Below, piece after piece: positions 52,311-60,818 of a stretch of 64,000 nucleotides of DNA. A program made the position numbers and the translations under genes. Each line of letters begins with the position of its first letter. Positions within the stretch are counted from its first letter, which is position 1. Source of the DNA: a virus; the IMG/VR virus record IMGVR_UViG_3300043444_000140, positions 43,036 through 107,035 of that record. One strand, given 5' to 3'. Below the pieces are notes generated by a model that saw only the letters and a list, made by a program, of their open reading frames with translations, was not told the DNA's origin and searched no databases.

Positions 52311-52481
52311 CAGTAGTCTCCTTCTGGAATGGGAGTTCTCGCTTCACTACGAGGCTGCTGGGAAATAGCCTGCCTGCAGGAAGGGCTATTTTTAAATGGG
52401 TTAGTGCTGTTTCTAATGATGGCTACTTGCAAGGCTAACCTCCCGACAGTCGGGCGAATCCGAAGGGGCGATATCCTCGGT
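52311..52481 (+). ncRNA. unassigned structured RNA between tRNAs (segment B)
   Basis: CAGTAGTCTC/GAGGCTGCTG, AAATAGCC/GGCTATTT, GGTTAG/CTAACC, CCCGA/TCGGG, CCGA..GG/CCTCGG stems. Confidence 0.5.
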
Positions 52482-52484
52482 CCA

Positions 52485-52558
52485 GGCTTCATAGTTCAGT
52501 TGGTTAGAACGCCACCCTGTCACGGTGGAGGTCAGGGGTTCAAGTCCCCTTGGAGTCG
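52485..52558 (+). tRNA. tRNA-Asp(GTC)
   Basis: Cloverleaf; CCACC-CTGTCAC-GGTGG anticodon arm. Confidence 0.95.
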
Positions 52559-52608
52559 CTAATGGTTTCCATGCACCACTCTTCGGGTATAAGATAAAGC
52601 ATGGACAC

Positions 52609-52681
52609 GCCCTTGTAACTCAGTTGGTAGAGTGCGATACTTGTAATATCGAAGTCGCAGGTTCGAATCCTGTCGGGGGCT
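52609..52681 (+). tRNA. tRNA-Thr(TGT)
   Basis: Cloverleaf; CGATA-CTTGTAA-TATCG anticodon arm. Confidence 0.95.
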
Positions 52682-52717
52682 CATGTAGTATAATGGAACA
52701 AAAGGGAGGTCATAATT

Positions 52718-53566
52718 ATGGCTAAAGCACAATTTCCAATTGACGGTAAACTCGGAAAAGATTTTAAAGTCACAAGTTACATGGGCATGAGAATTCACCC
52801 AGTAACCAAGCAAAAGAAGCACCACAACGGCACTGACATCTGGTCTGGTCATGAACCATGCTGGATTGAGGCACCTTACGATGGTAAGGTAGTCTATGCT
52901 GGTCCTTCAAAGAGCAAGAACTCGGACGGATCTGTTGGAGGGTTTGGATACTACGTTATTCTAATTCACAACATTGGCGGTAAGTGGTATACATCTCTAT
53001 ACGCACACATGCAAAAGGACACCCTAAAGGTTAAGGCTGGTCAAAAGATTGAGGCTGGAACACCTATGGGCAAGATGGGTACCACTGGCATGTCAACGGG
53101 CAAGCACCTACACTGGGAACTTCGCCTTGGCAAGGAGCACATCTGGGATGCAAACGGTAAGAACTATATTGAGCCAATTGGATTCTTCAAGGCTTTGATT
53201 GCCATGGAGGCATCTATTGCTACTGCTCCTACGGTTGCTGCAGATACAGATCCTGCTGCTCCTGCACCAACACACGGTCCCAAGCCAAAGGCAGTAGCAG
53301 CAAAGCCTGTTGCAAAGCCAGTGGCAGTTGCACCTGCTACTCCAGCAACGCCTGAAAAGTCTGCGAAGCCAGTGCTAAAGGGTACTCTAAAGAAGGGTTC
53401 TAAGAATGGTCTTGTAACCTACCTACAGAAGTCTCTTAATGTTACTGGAGACACTCCAGGACTATTTGGCGAGAACACACACAAGGCAGTAGTTCTTCTT
53501 CAGAAGAGAACCAAACTAACCGCTGATGGTATCGTCGGTCCGCTGACATGGGGAAAGATTAAATAA
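52718..53566 (+). CDS. endolysin: M23 peptidase + peptidoglycan-binding domain
   Basis: HNGTD, YAHM, GTTGMSTGKHLHWE; Pro/Ala linker; LQ..L...DGIVGPLTW. Confidence 0.92.
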   Translation: MAKAQFPIDGKLGKDFKVTSYMGMRIHPVTKQKKHHNGTDIWSGHEPCWIEAPYDGKVVYAGPSKSKNSDGSVGGFGYYVILIHNIGGKWYTSLYAHMQKDTLKVKAGQKIEAGTPMGKMGTTGMSTGKHLHWELRLGKEHIWDANGKNYIEPIGFFKALIAMEASIATAPTVAADTDPAAPAPTHGPKPKAVAAKPVAKPVAVAPATPATPEKSAKPVLKGTLKKGSKNGLVTYLQKSLNVTGDTPGLFGENTHKAVVLLQKRTKLTADGIVGPLTWGKIK

Positions 53567-53742
53567 TGCCAACATATGAATATGTTTGTAGAGAATGTGA
53601 AACTACTCTAACAGAGAAGAGAAGCATTCACGATCCATCGCCAGAGCACTTTTGTGAAAAGTGTGGATACCGAATGAGCCAGGTCCTAGGTGGCTTGGGC
53701 ATTCAGTTTAAAGGTAGCGGATTTTACAGAACGGACAAGTAA
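53566..53742 (+). CDS. FmdB-family zinc-ribbon protein (58 aa, not in ORF track)
   Basis: Manual translation MPTYEYVCREC...CEKCG...IQFKGSGFYRTDK. Confidence 0.88.
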   Translation: MPTYEYVCRECETTLTEKRSIHDPSPEHFCEKCGYRMSQVLGGLGIQFKGSGFYRTDK

Positions 53743-53963
53743 TGGTAGAGACAAAAGAGTGGGTACTTACTGCCTTAGATCGTTGTGACGGTGGTGGATG
53801 TGCAGCACAGGCATATGTTCTTGTCAAGGGAGTTTCTGGAGAACTTATGTTTTGTTCGCACCACTACAATGAGGTGAGCGGAGAGAAGATGTCCGCATTC
53901 GCTTTTGAAGTCATTGACGAACGAGATCGCCTAGTTGAAAATAGGCTTAAGGGAGATAACTAA
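53742..53963 (+). CDS. small zinc-binding hypothetical protein
   Basis: LTALDRCD..C.AQA...LMFCSHH. Confidence 0.7.
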   Translation: MVETKEWVLTALDRCDGGGCAAQAYVLVKGVSGELMFCSHHYNEVSGEKMSAFAFEVIDERDRLVENRLKGDN

Positions 53964-54371
53964 ATGTATGAATATTTTGTTAAAGAAGTAACCAACGTAG
54001 TAGATGGAGACACCATTGACGTTGTAATTGATCTAGGGTTTGATATCCTGTTCCAGAGCCGTGTGAGGCTGGCTGGTATTGACACACCAGAGTCACGCAC
54101 ATCTGACAAGGTAGAGAAGGCACTAGGTCTAGAGTCTAAAGAGTATCTAAAGAAGGCTATTAAGGCTGCTAAGACTGTGATCATTAAGACTGAGAAGATG
54201 GATTCATCTGAGAAGTATGGTCGCATCCTCGGCTGGGTATACCTGGATGGATCTGGCAACTCAATCAATAATGAAATGATTGAGAAGGGCTATGCCTGGG
54301 GGTACTTGGGAGACACCAAGGTCAAGGACTTTGAAGCACTAGCCAAGCAACGTGCAAAATCATCTAAATAG
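53964..54371 (+). CDS. thermonuclease (SNase-like)
   Basis: VVDGDT, RVRLAGIDTPE, KYGRILG. Confidence 0.93.
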   Translation: MYEYFVKEVTNVVDGDTIDVVIDLGFDILFQSRVRLAGIDTPESRTSDKVEKALGLESKEYLKKAIKAAKTVIIKTEKMDSSEKYGRILGWVYLDGSGNSINNEMIEKGYAWGYLGDTKVKDFEALAKQRAKSSK

Positions 54372-54379
54372 TTGGTAGC

Positions 54380-54808
54380 ATGGAATACTTCATTGGAAGC
54401 ATTACAACAATACTAACAGGACTTGTTGTCCTGCTCTTGGTTAACAAAACAATTAGGGGCAGGGCACCAAGGTCTAGAATTTTTTATACACAGAGCAACA
54501 TATACGAACGAATAAAATCATCTATTCCATATACACCAGTACCACCAATAGACACTCAGTCTGCTAGACACAGAAAGTCACAGATGATCAGGATAGTTAT
54601 GGTCGAAGGGTCTGCCTATTGGATTATGGACAGCAAAGTCTTCTCTGCACAGATATCGGAAGACGGAATGGTTGACTATGGATCTGCAGAACCACTTGAC
54701 ATAATCAATATGGATGCTGTAGAATTAGATAAAATAAGTTTTATCGTTGAGAAACTAACGGAAGGAAATAGCGATGATAGTAGCAATACAGGGCACCAAG
54801 GGCTTTGA
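54380..54808 (+). CDS. hypothetical membrane-anchored protein
   Basis: N-terminal TM segment. Confidence 0.6.
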   Translation: MEYFIGSITTILTGLVVLLLVNKTIRGRAPRSRIFYTQSNIYERIKSSIPYTPVPPIDTQSARHRKSQMIRIVMVEGSAYWIMDSKVFSAQISEDGMVDYGSAEPLDIINMDAVELDKISFIVEKLTEGNSDDSSNTGHQGL

Positions 54809-55124
54809 CGACTATCAGATATTCCTAAGAGCAATCGGAACTGCATTGAGAGATTTGCCAGAAGATGACAAAGAGTTTATTCTTTATTCTGCTGGACCAA
54901 TGAAGATCAATGCTTTTGGTCAGGAATTTTCTAATATCTCTGAGCGAACGCTAAAGTCCCAGGGTATCAAGATTAAACTTGTTAAGGTTCCACCATCATG
55001 GATTGATGACAATCTTAACTATATAGACTACTTTGCTTTTTTCTCCAAACCAAAGGAGACTTGGTCAAAGCAGGCACAACATGCACACGATAAAGATGCA
55101 AATCTTTGGGTGTACAGATACTAA
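54774..55124 (+). CDS. hypothetical protein (SLOG/YspA-like)
   Basis: MIVAIQGTKGFDDY N-terminus resembles the SLOG G-S/T-R/K motif. Confidence 0.5.
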   Translation: MIVAIQGTKGFDDYQIFLRAIGTALRDLPEDDKEFILYSAGPMKINAFGQEFSNISERTLKSQGIKIKLVKVPPSWIDDNLNYIDYFAFFSKPKETWSKQAQHAHDKDANLWVYRY

Positions 55125-55153
55125 ATAAAATCACCTACAAATAGGAGAGTGAA

Positions 55154-55363
55154 ATGCTAATAAATTCACTTGAAAAGATGGAAGACGTTGTCAAGAATAA
55201 TGACAACCTTTCATGGGATGGCTGGACAGTCATCGAAAATAGAACCAGAGAAAACGGTGCTATGTCTAAGGACGGAGCATACGTTGATGGCAAATGGATC
55301 GTACAGAAGCGTTACGAAATCACTGCTGATGGTTGGGAGATTCCAAATAAGTTAGTTGGCTGA
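55154..55363 (+). CDS. hypothetical protein
   Basis: AGGAG RBS; LSWDGW motif. Confidence 0.65.
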   Translation: MLINSLEKMEDVVKNNDNLSWDGWTVIENRTRENGAMSKDGAYVDGKWIVQKRYEITADGWEIPNKLVG

Positions 55364-55365
55364 AA

Positions 55366-55656
55366 ATGGATAGACATAACTGGAAAGAAGATGCAGCGTG
55401 TCTAGGCATGGTTACCAACACATTCTTTGATGAATATGAAGAGAGCCCAGAGTCACGAGACTTCGTTGACTCAATCTGTGCCCAATGCCCTGTTCGCAAA
55501 GAATGCTTTGCTTCAGCGGTCACAAACAAAGCATGGGGAGTCTGGGGAGGAATCTATTTTGAGAATGGTAAAATATCTAGAGAGTTTAACAGACATCGCT
55601 CTAAGCAGCAGTGGGCTGAAACTTGGAAGAGTCTAACATTGGATAAAGGAAAATGA
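55366..55656 (+). CDS. whiB: WhiB-family Fe-S transcription regulator
   Basis: AAC...ICAQCPVRKEC...GVWGG. Confidence 0.93.
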   Translation: MDRHNWKEDAACLGMVTNTFFDEYEESPESRDFVDSICAQCPVRKECFASAVTNKAWGVWGGIYFENGKISREFNRHRSKQQWAETWKSLTLDKGK

Positions 55657-55895
55657 TGTACACAGATGGTATGCGTAGGGCTTTTAGGTCAATTCAGGTA
55701 CCCAAAAACTTTGGCGTTGACATAGTAGACAATGAACACTTCATTAGCGTTGTAGCGAGGGAAGACGTATTCATGAGGCTACTTGACGAAGAGAAGCGTG
55801 GTGCGATAGAATATATGGTGAAGGTCAAGAAGGCTCTCGAAGACAACGGGGCAATTGTTTTGTTGATCCGTGAGGGTGGAAGTGAGAAACTATGA
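55653..55895 (+). CDS. hypothetical protein
   Basis: Coupled ORF. Confidence 0.65.
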   Translation: MMYTDGMRRAFRSIQVPKNFGVDIVDNEHFISVVAREDVFMRLLDEEKRGAIEYMVKVKKALEDNGAIVLLIREGGSEKL

Positions 55896-56248
55896 GATAT
55901 GACATCATCGCTTTTGTTCTGATTAGTTTAATTAGCATTGCTTCTATTGGGTATGCAGCATATCTATTCAAAAAGAATAGAATTCTTGTTAAGAGTGTTA
56001 TTGAATTGCACGTTGACAGGACTGCCCTAGAAGATCTAATTAAGAGCCAGGCATTGGCAGACCCAATTGATCAGTCGGAAGGATTCATAAAGTTTCTCTC
56101 CGACTCTCGTGAGTGGGCATTTGACTACATTGATAATGTCCAAAACACAATTCTCGTATTAAAAGAAAAATACGATAACAATAAGGCAATTGAAGAACAG
56201 TTGAGAGAACTGTTCGACATGTTGCCAGATAATAACAAGGAGAAATAA
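55892..56248 (+). CDS. hypothetical membrane protein
   Basis: N-terminal TM; FIKFLSDSREWAFDYI. Confidence 0.65.
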   Translation: MRYDIIAFVLISLISIASIGYAAYLFKKNRILVKSVIELHVDRTALEDLIKSQALADPIDQSEGFIKFLSDSREWAFDYIDNVQNTILVLKEKYDNNKAIEEQLRELFDMLPDNNKEK

Positions 56249-56249
56249 A

Positions 56250-56558
56250 ATGAACGCACAAATCAAGGCACTACTTGCATCTTACGGACGCTCAGTCCTG
56301 GGTGCTGGTCTCGCTCTTTACTTGGCAGGAGTACCTCTAGAGGACCTATTGTACTCGTTGCTGGCAGCCCTAGTTCCTGTAGCACTACGCTATGTGAACC
56401 CAAAGGATCCAGCATTCGGTCGTACACTGCCACCCGTAGAGGAAATCGCAGAGGCACTCAAGGATGTCAAGGTTGTTAAGGCACCTACCAAGAAGGCACC
56501 TGCAAAGGCTGCTGAGACAAAGCCAGCAACAAAGAAGGCTCCAGCACCAAAGAAGTAG
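56250..56558 (+). CDS. holin-like membrane protein with Lys/Ala/Pro tail
   Basis: Two TM segments, RYVNPKDPAFG, KKAPAK repeats; AAGGAG RBS. Confidence 0.6.
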   Translation: MNAQIKALLASYGRSVLGAGLALYLAGVPLEDLLYSLLAALVPVALRYVNPKDPAFGRTLPPVEEIAEALKDVKVVKAPTKKAPAKAAETKPATKKAPAPKK

Positions 56559-56573
56559 TTGGAGTAAAAAGAT

Positions 56574-56602
56574 AGCCAGGGGAAACCCTGGCTTTTCTTT
56601 TA
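56574..56602. terminator. bidirectional terminator between convergent genes
   Basis: AAAAAGAT-AGCCAGG-GGAAAC-CCTGGCT-TTTCTTT. Confidence 0.75.
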
Positions 56603-56603
56603 T

Positions 56604-57338
56604 CTAAAAGTCTTCATGGTATATTTTTGCAGTGTGAATGATATAGATGTTATCAAAGCCAGCCTTGTGAAAGTTCTGGCAAACGACCACGGTATCGCAA
56701 TCAAATTTATTTGTAACAGGATTAATATATCCATATCTAACGCCATCCCTAAATGGCTGTGCACGGTAAAGGCAAACACCGTTAGATGTTGCATAGTACT
56801 TATCGTAAGGCTTTGAGGTAACGTCATATAGCCTTACTTCCTCATGGCTAGTAAACCTAGGACCCTTGCGAGTTGCCCAACTATCATAAACAGGATGGTT
56901 GTTAACTGTTAGACCAGATACAATATCAAAGTTTGGTTCCAATTTTTCAAATTCCAAAATCTGCTTCATAGTCTTCATGTCAAATCTCATGTCGGATTCA
57001 ATCATCATAACGTAGTCAGACCTGTCTAGGAATCCAGGAACCTCAATAGCCTTGTTTCTGGCAATAGAAAGGTTTCTAACTCTATCCTTAGACTTTACAG
57101 AGCCGTAGTTCTTTGTCATTAGTTTTTCGGAGATAAACGAGAAGTCCTCAAGGAACGACCAGTCCTTTGATTGGATCTTCGCAACCGTGTCGTCGGTTGA
57201 GTCATTCTCGTATATTGACAGAATGAAATTGTATTTTGGAAAGGTGGACACCATTTCCTTTATCTGATCGTAATACCTATCTATATACCTGGATTCATTT
57301 CTAATCACTGAATAGACAAGGACTGTTGGCTTTGACAT
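56604..57338 (-). CDS. GT-A fold glycosyltransferase (only clear minus-strand gene)
   Basis: VIRNE, YENDSTDDT, LSIARNKAI, MIESD, YDSWATR. Confidence 0.8.
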   Translation of the reverse strand: MSKPTVLVYSVIRNESRYIDRYYDQIKEMVSTFPKYNFILSIYENDSTDDTVAKIQSKDWSFLEDFSFISEKLMTKNYGSVKSKDRVRNLSIARNKAIEVPGFLDRSDYVMMIESDMRFDMKTMKQILEFEKLEPNFDIVSGLTVNNHPVYDSWATRKGPRFTSHEEVRLYDVTSKPYDKYYATSNGVCLYRAQPFRDGVRYGYINPVTNKFDCDTVVVCQNFHKAGFDNIYIIHTAKIYHEDF

Positions 57339-57361
57339 AAGACTCTTTTCTCTTTACATCA

Positions 57362-57381
57362 ATTATAGCATGTGCTATAAT
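57362..57381. promoter_or_regulatory. back-to-back divergent extended -10 promoters
   Basis: ATTATAGCA-TG-TGCTATAAT inverted repeat between GT (-) and hsp20 (+). Confidence 0.75.
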
Positions 57382-57410
57382 GGTTATGCCTGCCAATTGG
57401 GGGCAATTAA

Positions 57411-57428
57411 CTCGCTAAACATTAGGAG
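57411..57428 (+). promoter_or_regulatory. ROSE-like RNA thermometer hairpin
   Basis: CTCGCTAA pairs with TTAGGAG (SD) with a bulged G, upstream of hsp20. Confidence 0.55.
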
Positions 57429-57436
57429 ATGATAAC

Positions 57437-57859
57437 ATGGTATACAACCGTACACCACACACAGGAAGAGACCTCTTCCCATTTGGAAACCTTGCTCAGG
57501 AATTTGAGAAGGTATTCGCAACTACCACCACAGCAACATATCCACCATATAATGTAATTCAGGTTGATCCTGATGAATGGATTCTTGAATTTGCTGTTGC
57601 TGGTCTTAATAAGAATCACCTTGAAGTAACAACCCACAATGGTGTTCTTTCTATTAAGAACGATACTACAGAAATTGGCTTGCCAGAAGAGCAGAAGTAT
57701 CTGCACAAGGGCATTGCTAACCGTAAATTTACTCGTTCATTTACCCTACCAGAACACACCGAAGTTCTGAAGGCAGAAACTAAGGACGGCATCCTGAGCA
57801 TAACTCTAGTACGCTCAGTGCCAGAAGAGAAGAAGCCAAAAGTGATTAGCATCAATTAG
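57437..57859 (+). CDS. small heat-shock protein Hsp20
   Basis: YPPYNV, AVAG, YLHKGIANRKFTRSFTL, DGILSITL, PEEKKPKVI. Confidence 0.95.
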   Translation: MVYNRTPHTGRDLFPFGNLAQEFEKVFATTTTATYPPYNVIQVDPDEWILEFAVAGLNKNHLEVTTHNGVLSIKNDTTEIGLPEEQKYLHKGIANRKFTRSFTLPEHTEVLKAETKDGILSITLVRSVPEEKKPKVISIN

Positions 57860-57923
57860 CATCTAAATAGATACTCCTGGGCACGAGTTAAAACTGCCCT
57901 ATTACTATGCTATAATTGTACCT

Positions 57924-58373
57924 ATGGAACAACTAATCGCACAACTAAAGCAACTTCTTGCAGACAATATTGCCCTTAAGTTTAAGGCACACGGATACCA
58001 CTGGAACGTGGAGGGCGACGACTTCAAGCAATTCCACGAATTCTTTGGAGACATCTATGAAAACTTTGATGGAGCCACAGACACTTACGCTGAATGGCTA
58101 CGAATCTTTAAGACCTATTCCCCATACAGACTGACAGATTTCTTTGACACAGCGTCTGTTGGTGAGCCAGTGATTGTTGGAGATCCACAGCCAATGCTTG
58201 TTGATCTTTATAATGAAATCGAGTTGCACATTCAAAAACTTATTGAGGCTGGCAAGGTTGCCAACTCACTAAACGAATTTGGTCTAGCAAACTTCTTTGC
58301 AGATCGTCAGACAGTTTCTCAAAAGTTCTGCTGGCAGATTCGTGCAAGCATGGAACTAGAGGAGATGGACTAA
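57924..58373 (+). CDS. dps: Dps-like ferritin
   Basis: AHGYHWNVEG..F.QFHEFF..IY...D..AE.LR. Confidence 0.9.
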   Translation: MEQLIAQLKQLLADNIALKFKAHGYHWNVEGDDFKQFHEFFGDIYENFDGATDTYAEWLRIFKTYSPYRLTDFFDTASVGEPVIVGDPQPMLVDLYNEIELHIQKLIEAGKVANSLNEFGLANFFADRQTVSQKFCWQIRASMELEEMD

Positions 58374-59296
58374 TGCCATATCACGTTGGAGAAAAGGGAT
58401 CATACGGTTGTTCGGGTTACCCTGCCCTAAAAGATGACGGTACCGTAATGGGTTGCCACACCACAAAGGAAGAAGCAGCCAATCAAATCTATGCTATCAA
58501 TCAATCTGAAGGAAACGTAGACAAGGCTGCTCCTTGCTGGGATGGCTACACTCAGCGTGGCATGAAGCCAGGTGCAGGCGGAAAGATGGTTCCAAACTGT
58601 ATTCCAGTAAGTAAGGCGGATCGCCCAATCCAAGAGGGCGACTATGTCATGGGTGGAACATCTGAGGGCATTGTTGTTGGTCAGGTAGAGCACATTATGA
58701 CTGAGGGTGGAACCTACGGAACCCCAGGAACAGAGTACGCAATTGAGTCTACTCCAGAGAATCCTGCCATGGCAGTAAGAATGTTTGAGCAAGAACAGGA
58801 TGGGAAGTTCTGTCCTACAGCATACTCAATCGGTATGCTATACAACGATGCAATGATTGTTGATATTGAAATTGCAGAAGAGGATGAAGATGAAAAACTT
58901 ATGGACAAGGCTGAGGGTTATTCTCCTCCTGCTGGTGCCAGGGCTGCTGCTCGTCGTGCTATTAAGTTCAAGGAAGACGGTAAAGCCACAGGTGCAGGAA
59001 CTGCAGTTGGATGGACTAGGGCTAGACAATTGGCTAATGGAGAGACACTCTCGCTCAGTACTGTAAAGCGTATGTATTCATACTTCTCTCGCCACGAGGT
59101 AGACAAGAAGGGTAAGGACTGGGGAAACACTGCCAACCCATCGAATGGCTACATTATGTGGCTTGCCTGGGGTGGAGATGCAGGATACTCTTGGTCTCGC
59201 AAGATCGCACAACGAGAGACAGACAAAACTTTGTTTGCTGATTTTGGTAAAGATTATACAAAGCCAACTTCTATCAGCACTATTTGGAAAGACTAA
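58373..59296 (+). CDS. modular hypothetical protein, possibly head-associated
   Basis: Distinct modules (GCH....[34 protein letters not shown]) separated by xxKA motifs. Confidence 0.65.
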   Translation: MPYHVGEKGSYGCSGYPALKDDGTVMGCHTTKEEAANQIYAINQSEGNVDKAAPCWDGYTQRGMKPGAGGKMVPNCIPVSKADRPIQEGDYVMGGTSEGIVVGQVEHIMTEGGTYGTPGTEYAIESTPENPAMAVRMFEQEQDGKFCPTAYSIGMLYNDAMIVDIEIAEEDEDEKLMDKAEGYSPPAGARAAARRAIKFKEDGKATGAGTAVGWTRARQLANGETLSLSTVKRMYSYFSRHEVDKKGKDWGNTANPSNGYIMWLAWGGDAGYSWSRKIAQRETDKTLFADFGKDYTKPTSISTIWKD

Positions 59297-59298
59297 TA

Positions 59299-60333
59299 AT
59301 GAAAAAAGCACTAATCACTGGCATAACAGGTCAGGATGGTTCATACCTGGCTGAACTACTTCTAAGCATTGGCTATCAGGTTCACGGTATCGTAAGACGA
59401 TCATCCACAGATAACCTAGTTAGAATTAAGAGTATTCTTAACAACGACAATCTATTCCTTCACCAAGGAGATCTGACCGATTCAGCATCTATTGCTAATC
59501 TTATTAAACTTGTTGAGCCAGACGAGGTTTATAACCTTGGTGCTCAGAGCCACGTACAGGTGTCGTTTGATACAGCAGAGTTCACCGCAGAAGCAGACGG
59601 TATTGGTGTTCTAAGGATTCTTGAGGGCATTAGAAGTGCTGGACTAACAGATAGGACAAGGTTCTATCAGGCATCTACCTCAGAGATGTTTGGCAAGGTG
59701 CAGGAAGTTCCACAAAGGGAAACTACAGCATTCTATCCAAGATCTCCATATGGAGTGGCAAAGTTGTATGGTCACTGGATCACAAAGAACTATCGTGAAT
59801 CTTATGGTATGTTTGCTACCAGCGGAATTCTATTTAACCATGAGTCACCTAGACGTGGAGCAAACTTTGTAACAAGCAAGATTGTTCTGTCTCTTAATGC
59901 TATTAAAGAGGGTACTATGGATACCCTGGAACTTGGCAACATTGATGCACTTCGTGACTGGGGTCACGCTAAGGACTACGTATACGCTATGTGGCTGATG
60001 CTACAGGCTGATGAACCAGACGACTTTGTGATTGCTACAGGTGAGCAGCACTCTGTACGTGACTTCGTAAACATTGCGTCTAAATATTTTGGTTTTGACA
60101 TTGAGTGGCAGGGCACTGGGGTAGACGAAGTTGGTATTGATAAGAACACTGGTAAGACTATCGTAAAGATTAACCCTAGGTTCTTTAGACCTGCAGAGGT
60201 TGAGACCCTCCTGGGCGATCCTAGCAAGGCTGAGAGTACTCTGGGATGGTTCCGTAAGCGATCATTCACAGACTTGGTAGAAGACATGTGTGAGAATACT
60301 CCAAAAATCTTCCCAAATTATTCTGCAGAATAG
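59299..60333 (+). CDS. gmd: GDP-mannose 4,6-dehydratase
   Basis: [58 protein letters not shown]. Confidence 0.97.
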   Translation: MKKALITGITGQDGSYLAELLLSIGYQVHGIVRRSSTDNLVRIKSILNNDNLFLHQGDLTDSASIANLIKLVEPDEVYNLGAQSHVQVSFDTAEFTAEADGIGVLRILEGIRSAGLTDRTRFYQASTSEMFGKVQEVPQRETTAFYPRSPYGVAKLYGHWITKNYRESYGMFATSGILFNHESPRRGANFVTSKIVLSLNAIKEGTMDTLELGNIDALRDWGHAKDYVYAMWLMLQADEPDDFVIATGEQHSVRDFVNIASKYFGFDIEWQGTGVDEVGIDKNTGKTIVKINPRFFRPAEVETLLGDPSKAESTLGWFRKRSFTDLVEDMCENTPKIFPNYSAE

Positions 60334-60372
60334 TTGACCACAGGGTCTATCCCTGATACAATATATAGGTAA

Positions 60373-60445
60373 GGTCCGTTGGAGTAGTGGTTATCTCGTC
60401 TCCCTTTCAAGGAGAAGATCACGGGTTCGAGCCCCGTACGGACTG
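60373..60445 (+). tRNA. tRNA-Glu(TTC)
   Basis: Cloverleaf; TCTCC-CTTTCAA-GGAGA. Confidence 0.93.
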
Positions 60446-60449
60446 CAAT

Positions 60450-60530
60450 GGCATGGCTGCTGGGACAGACACGGGACTGTAAATCCTGTACCATATGGTT
60501 AGAAGAGTTCGATTCTCTGACGTGCCACCA
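60450..60530 (+). tRNA. tRNA-Tyr(GTA), atypical, encoded CCA
   Basis: ACGGGA-CTGTAAA-TCCTGT arm, variable arm ACCA-TA-TGGT, TTCGATT T-loop, ends ACCA; shortened D region. Confidence 0.75.
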
Positions 60531-60531
60531 T

Positions 60532-60603
60532 TCTCCCTTCGTCTAATTGGCAAGACTCCAGGTTTTGGTCCTGGCTATCGAGGTTCGAGTCCTTGGGGGA
60601 GAG
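60532..60603 (+). tRNA. tRNA-Gln(TTG)
   Basis: Cloverleaf; CCAGG-TTTTGGT-CCTGG. Confidence 0.92.
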
Positions 60604-60617
60604 CGAAAAGGAGAGAC

Positions 60618-60818
60618 ATGTTTATATCAAAATCAAAATTAGAAAAGATTAGGACACAAGCCTGGAACGACGGCTTTGACGTTGGTCGCAAAAAAGCGGT
60701 AAACGAAACAAGAAAAGTATTCATTAAACTATTGACTAAAGAGGTAGACTTGGATATAATTGAAGATGTAAAAGGTCTCAGTAGAGCCATAGAAATCATT
60801 CGTAAAGGAAAGCAATAG
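60618..60818 (+). CDS. hypothetical protein
   Basis: AGGAG RBS before ATG 60618 (the longer ORF call overlaps tRNAs). Confidence 0.6.
   Translation: MFISKSKLEKIRTQAWNDGFDVGRKKAVNETRKVFIKLLTKEVDLDIIEDVKGLSRAIEIIRKGKQ

Noticed and set aside
52311-52395. HDV-like (theta) ribozyme after the tRNA-like element; GAG-TTCTCGC-TTC resembles P3/L3
   Set aside because: P1 would be only 5 bp without the G-U cleavage-site pair and I find no C-containing J4/2 before a P2 strand; left as unassigned RNA
52101-52852. Short ORFs called over the tRNA cluster (52101, 52232, 52329, 52525, 52559), and the 5' part of 60495
   Set aside because: They overlap clear tRNA genes or structured RNA and lack RBS or motifs
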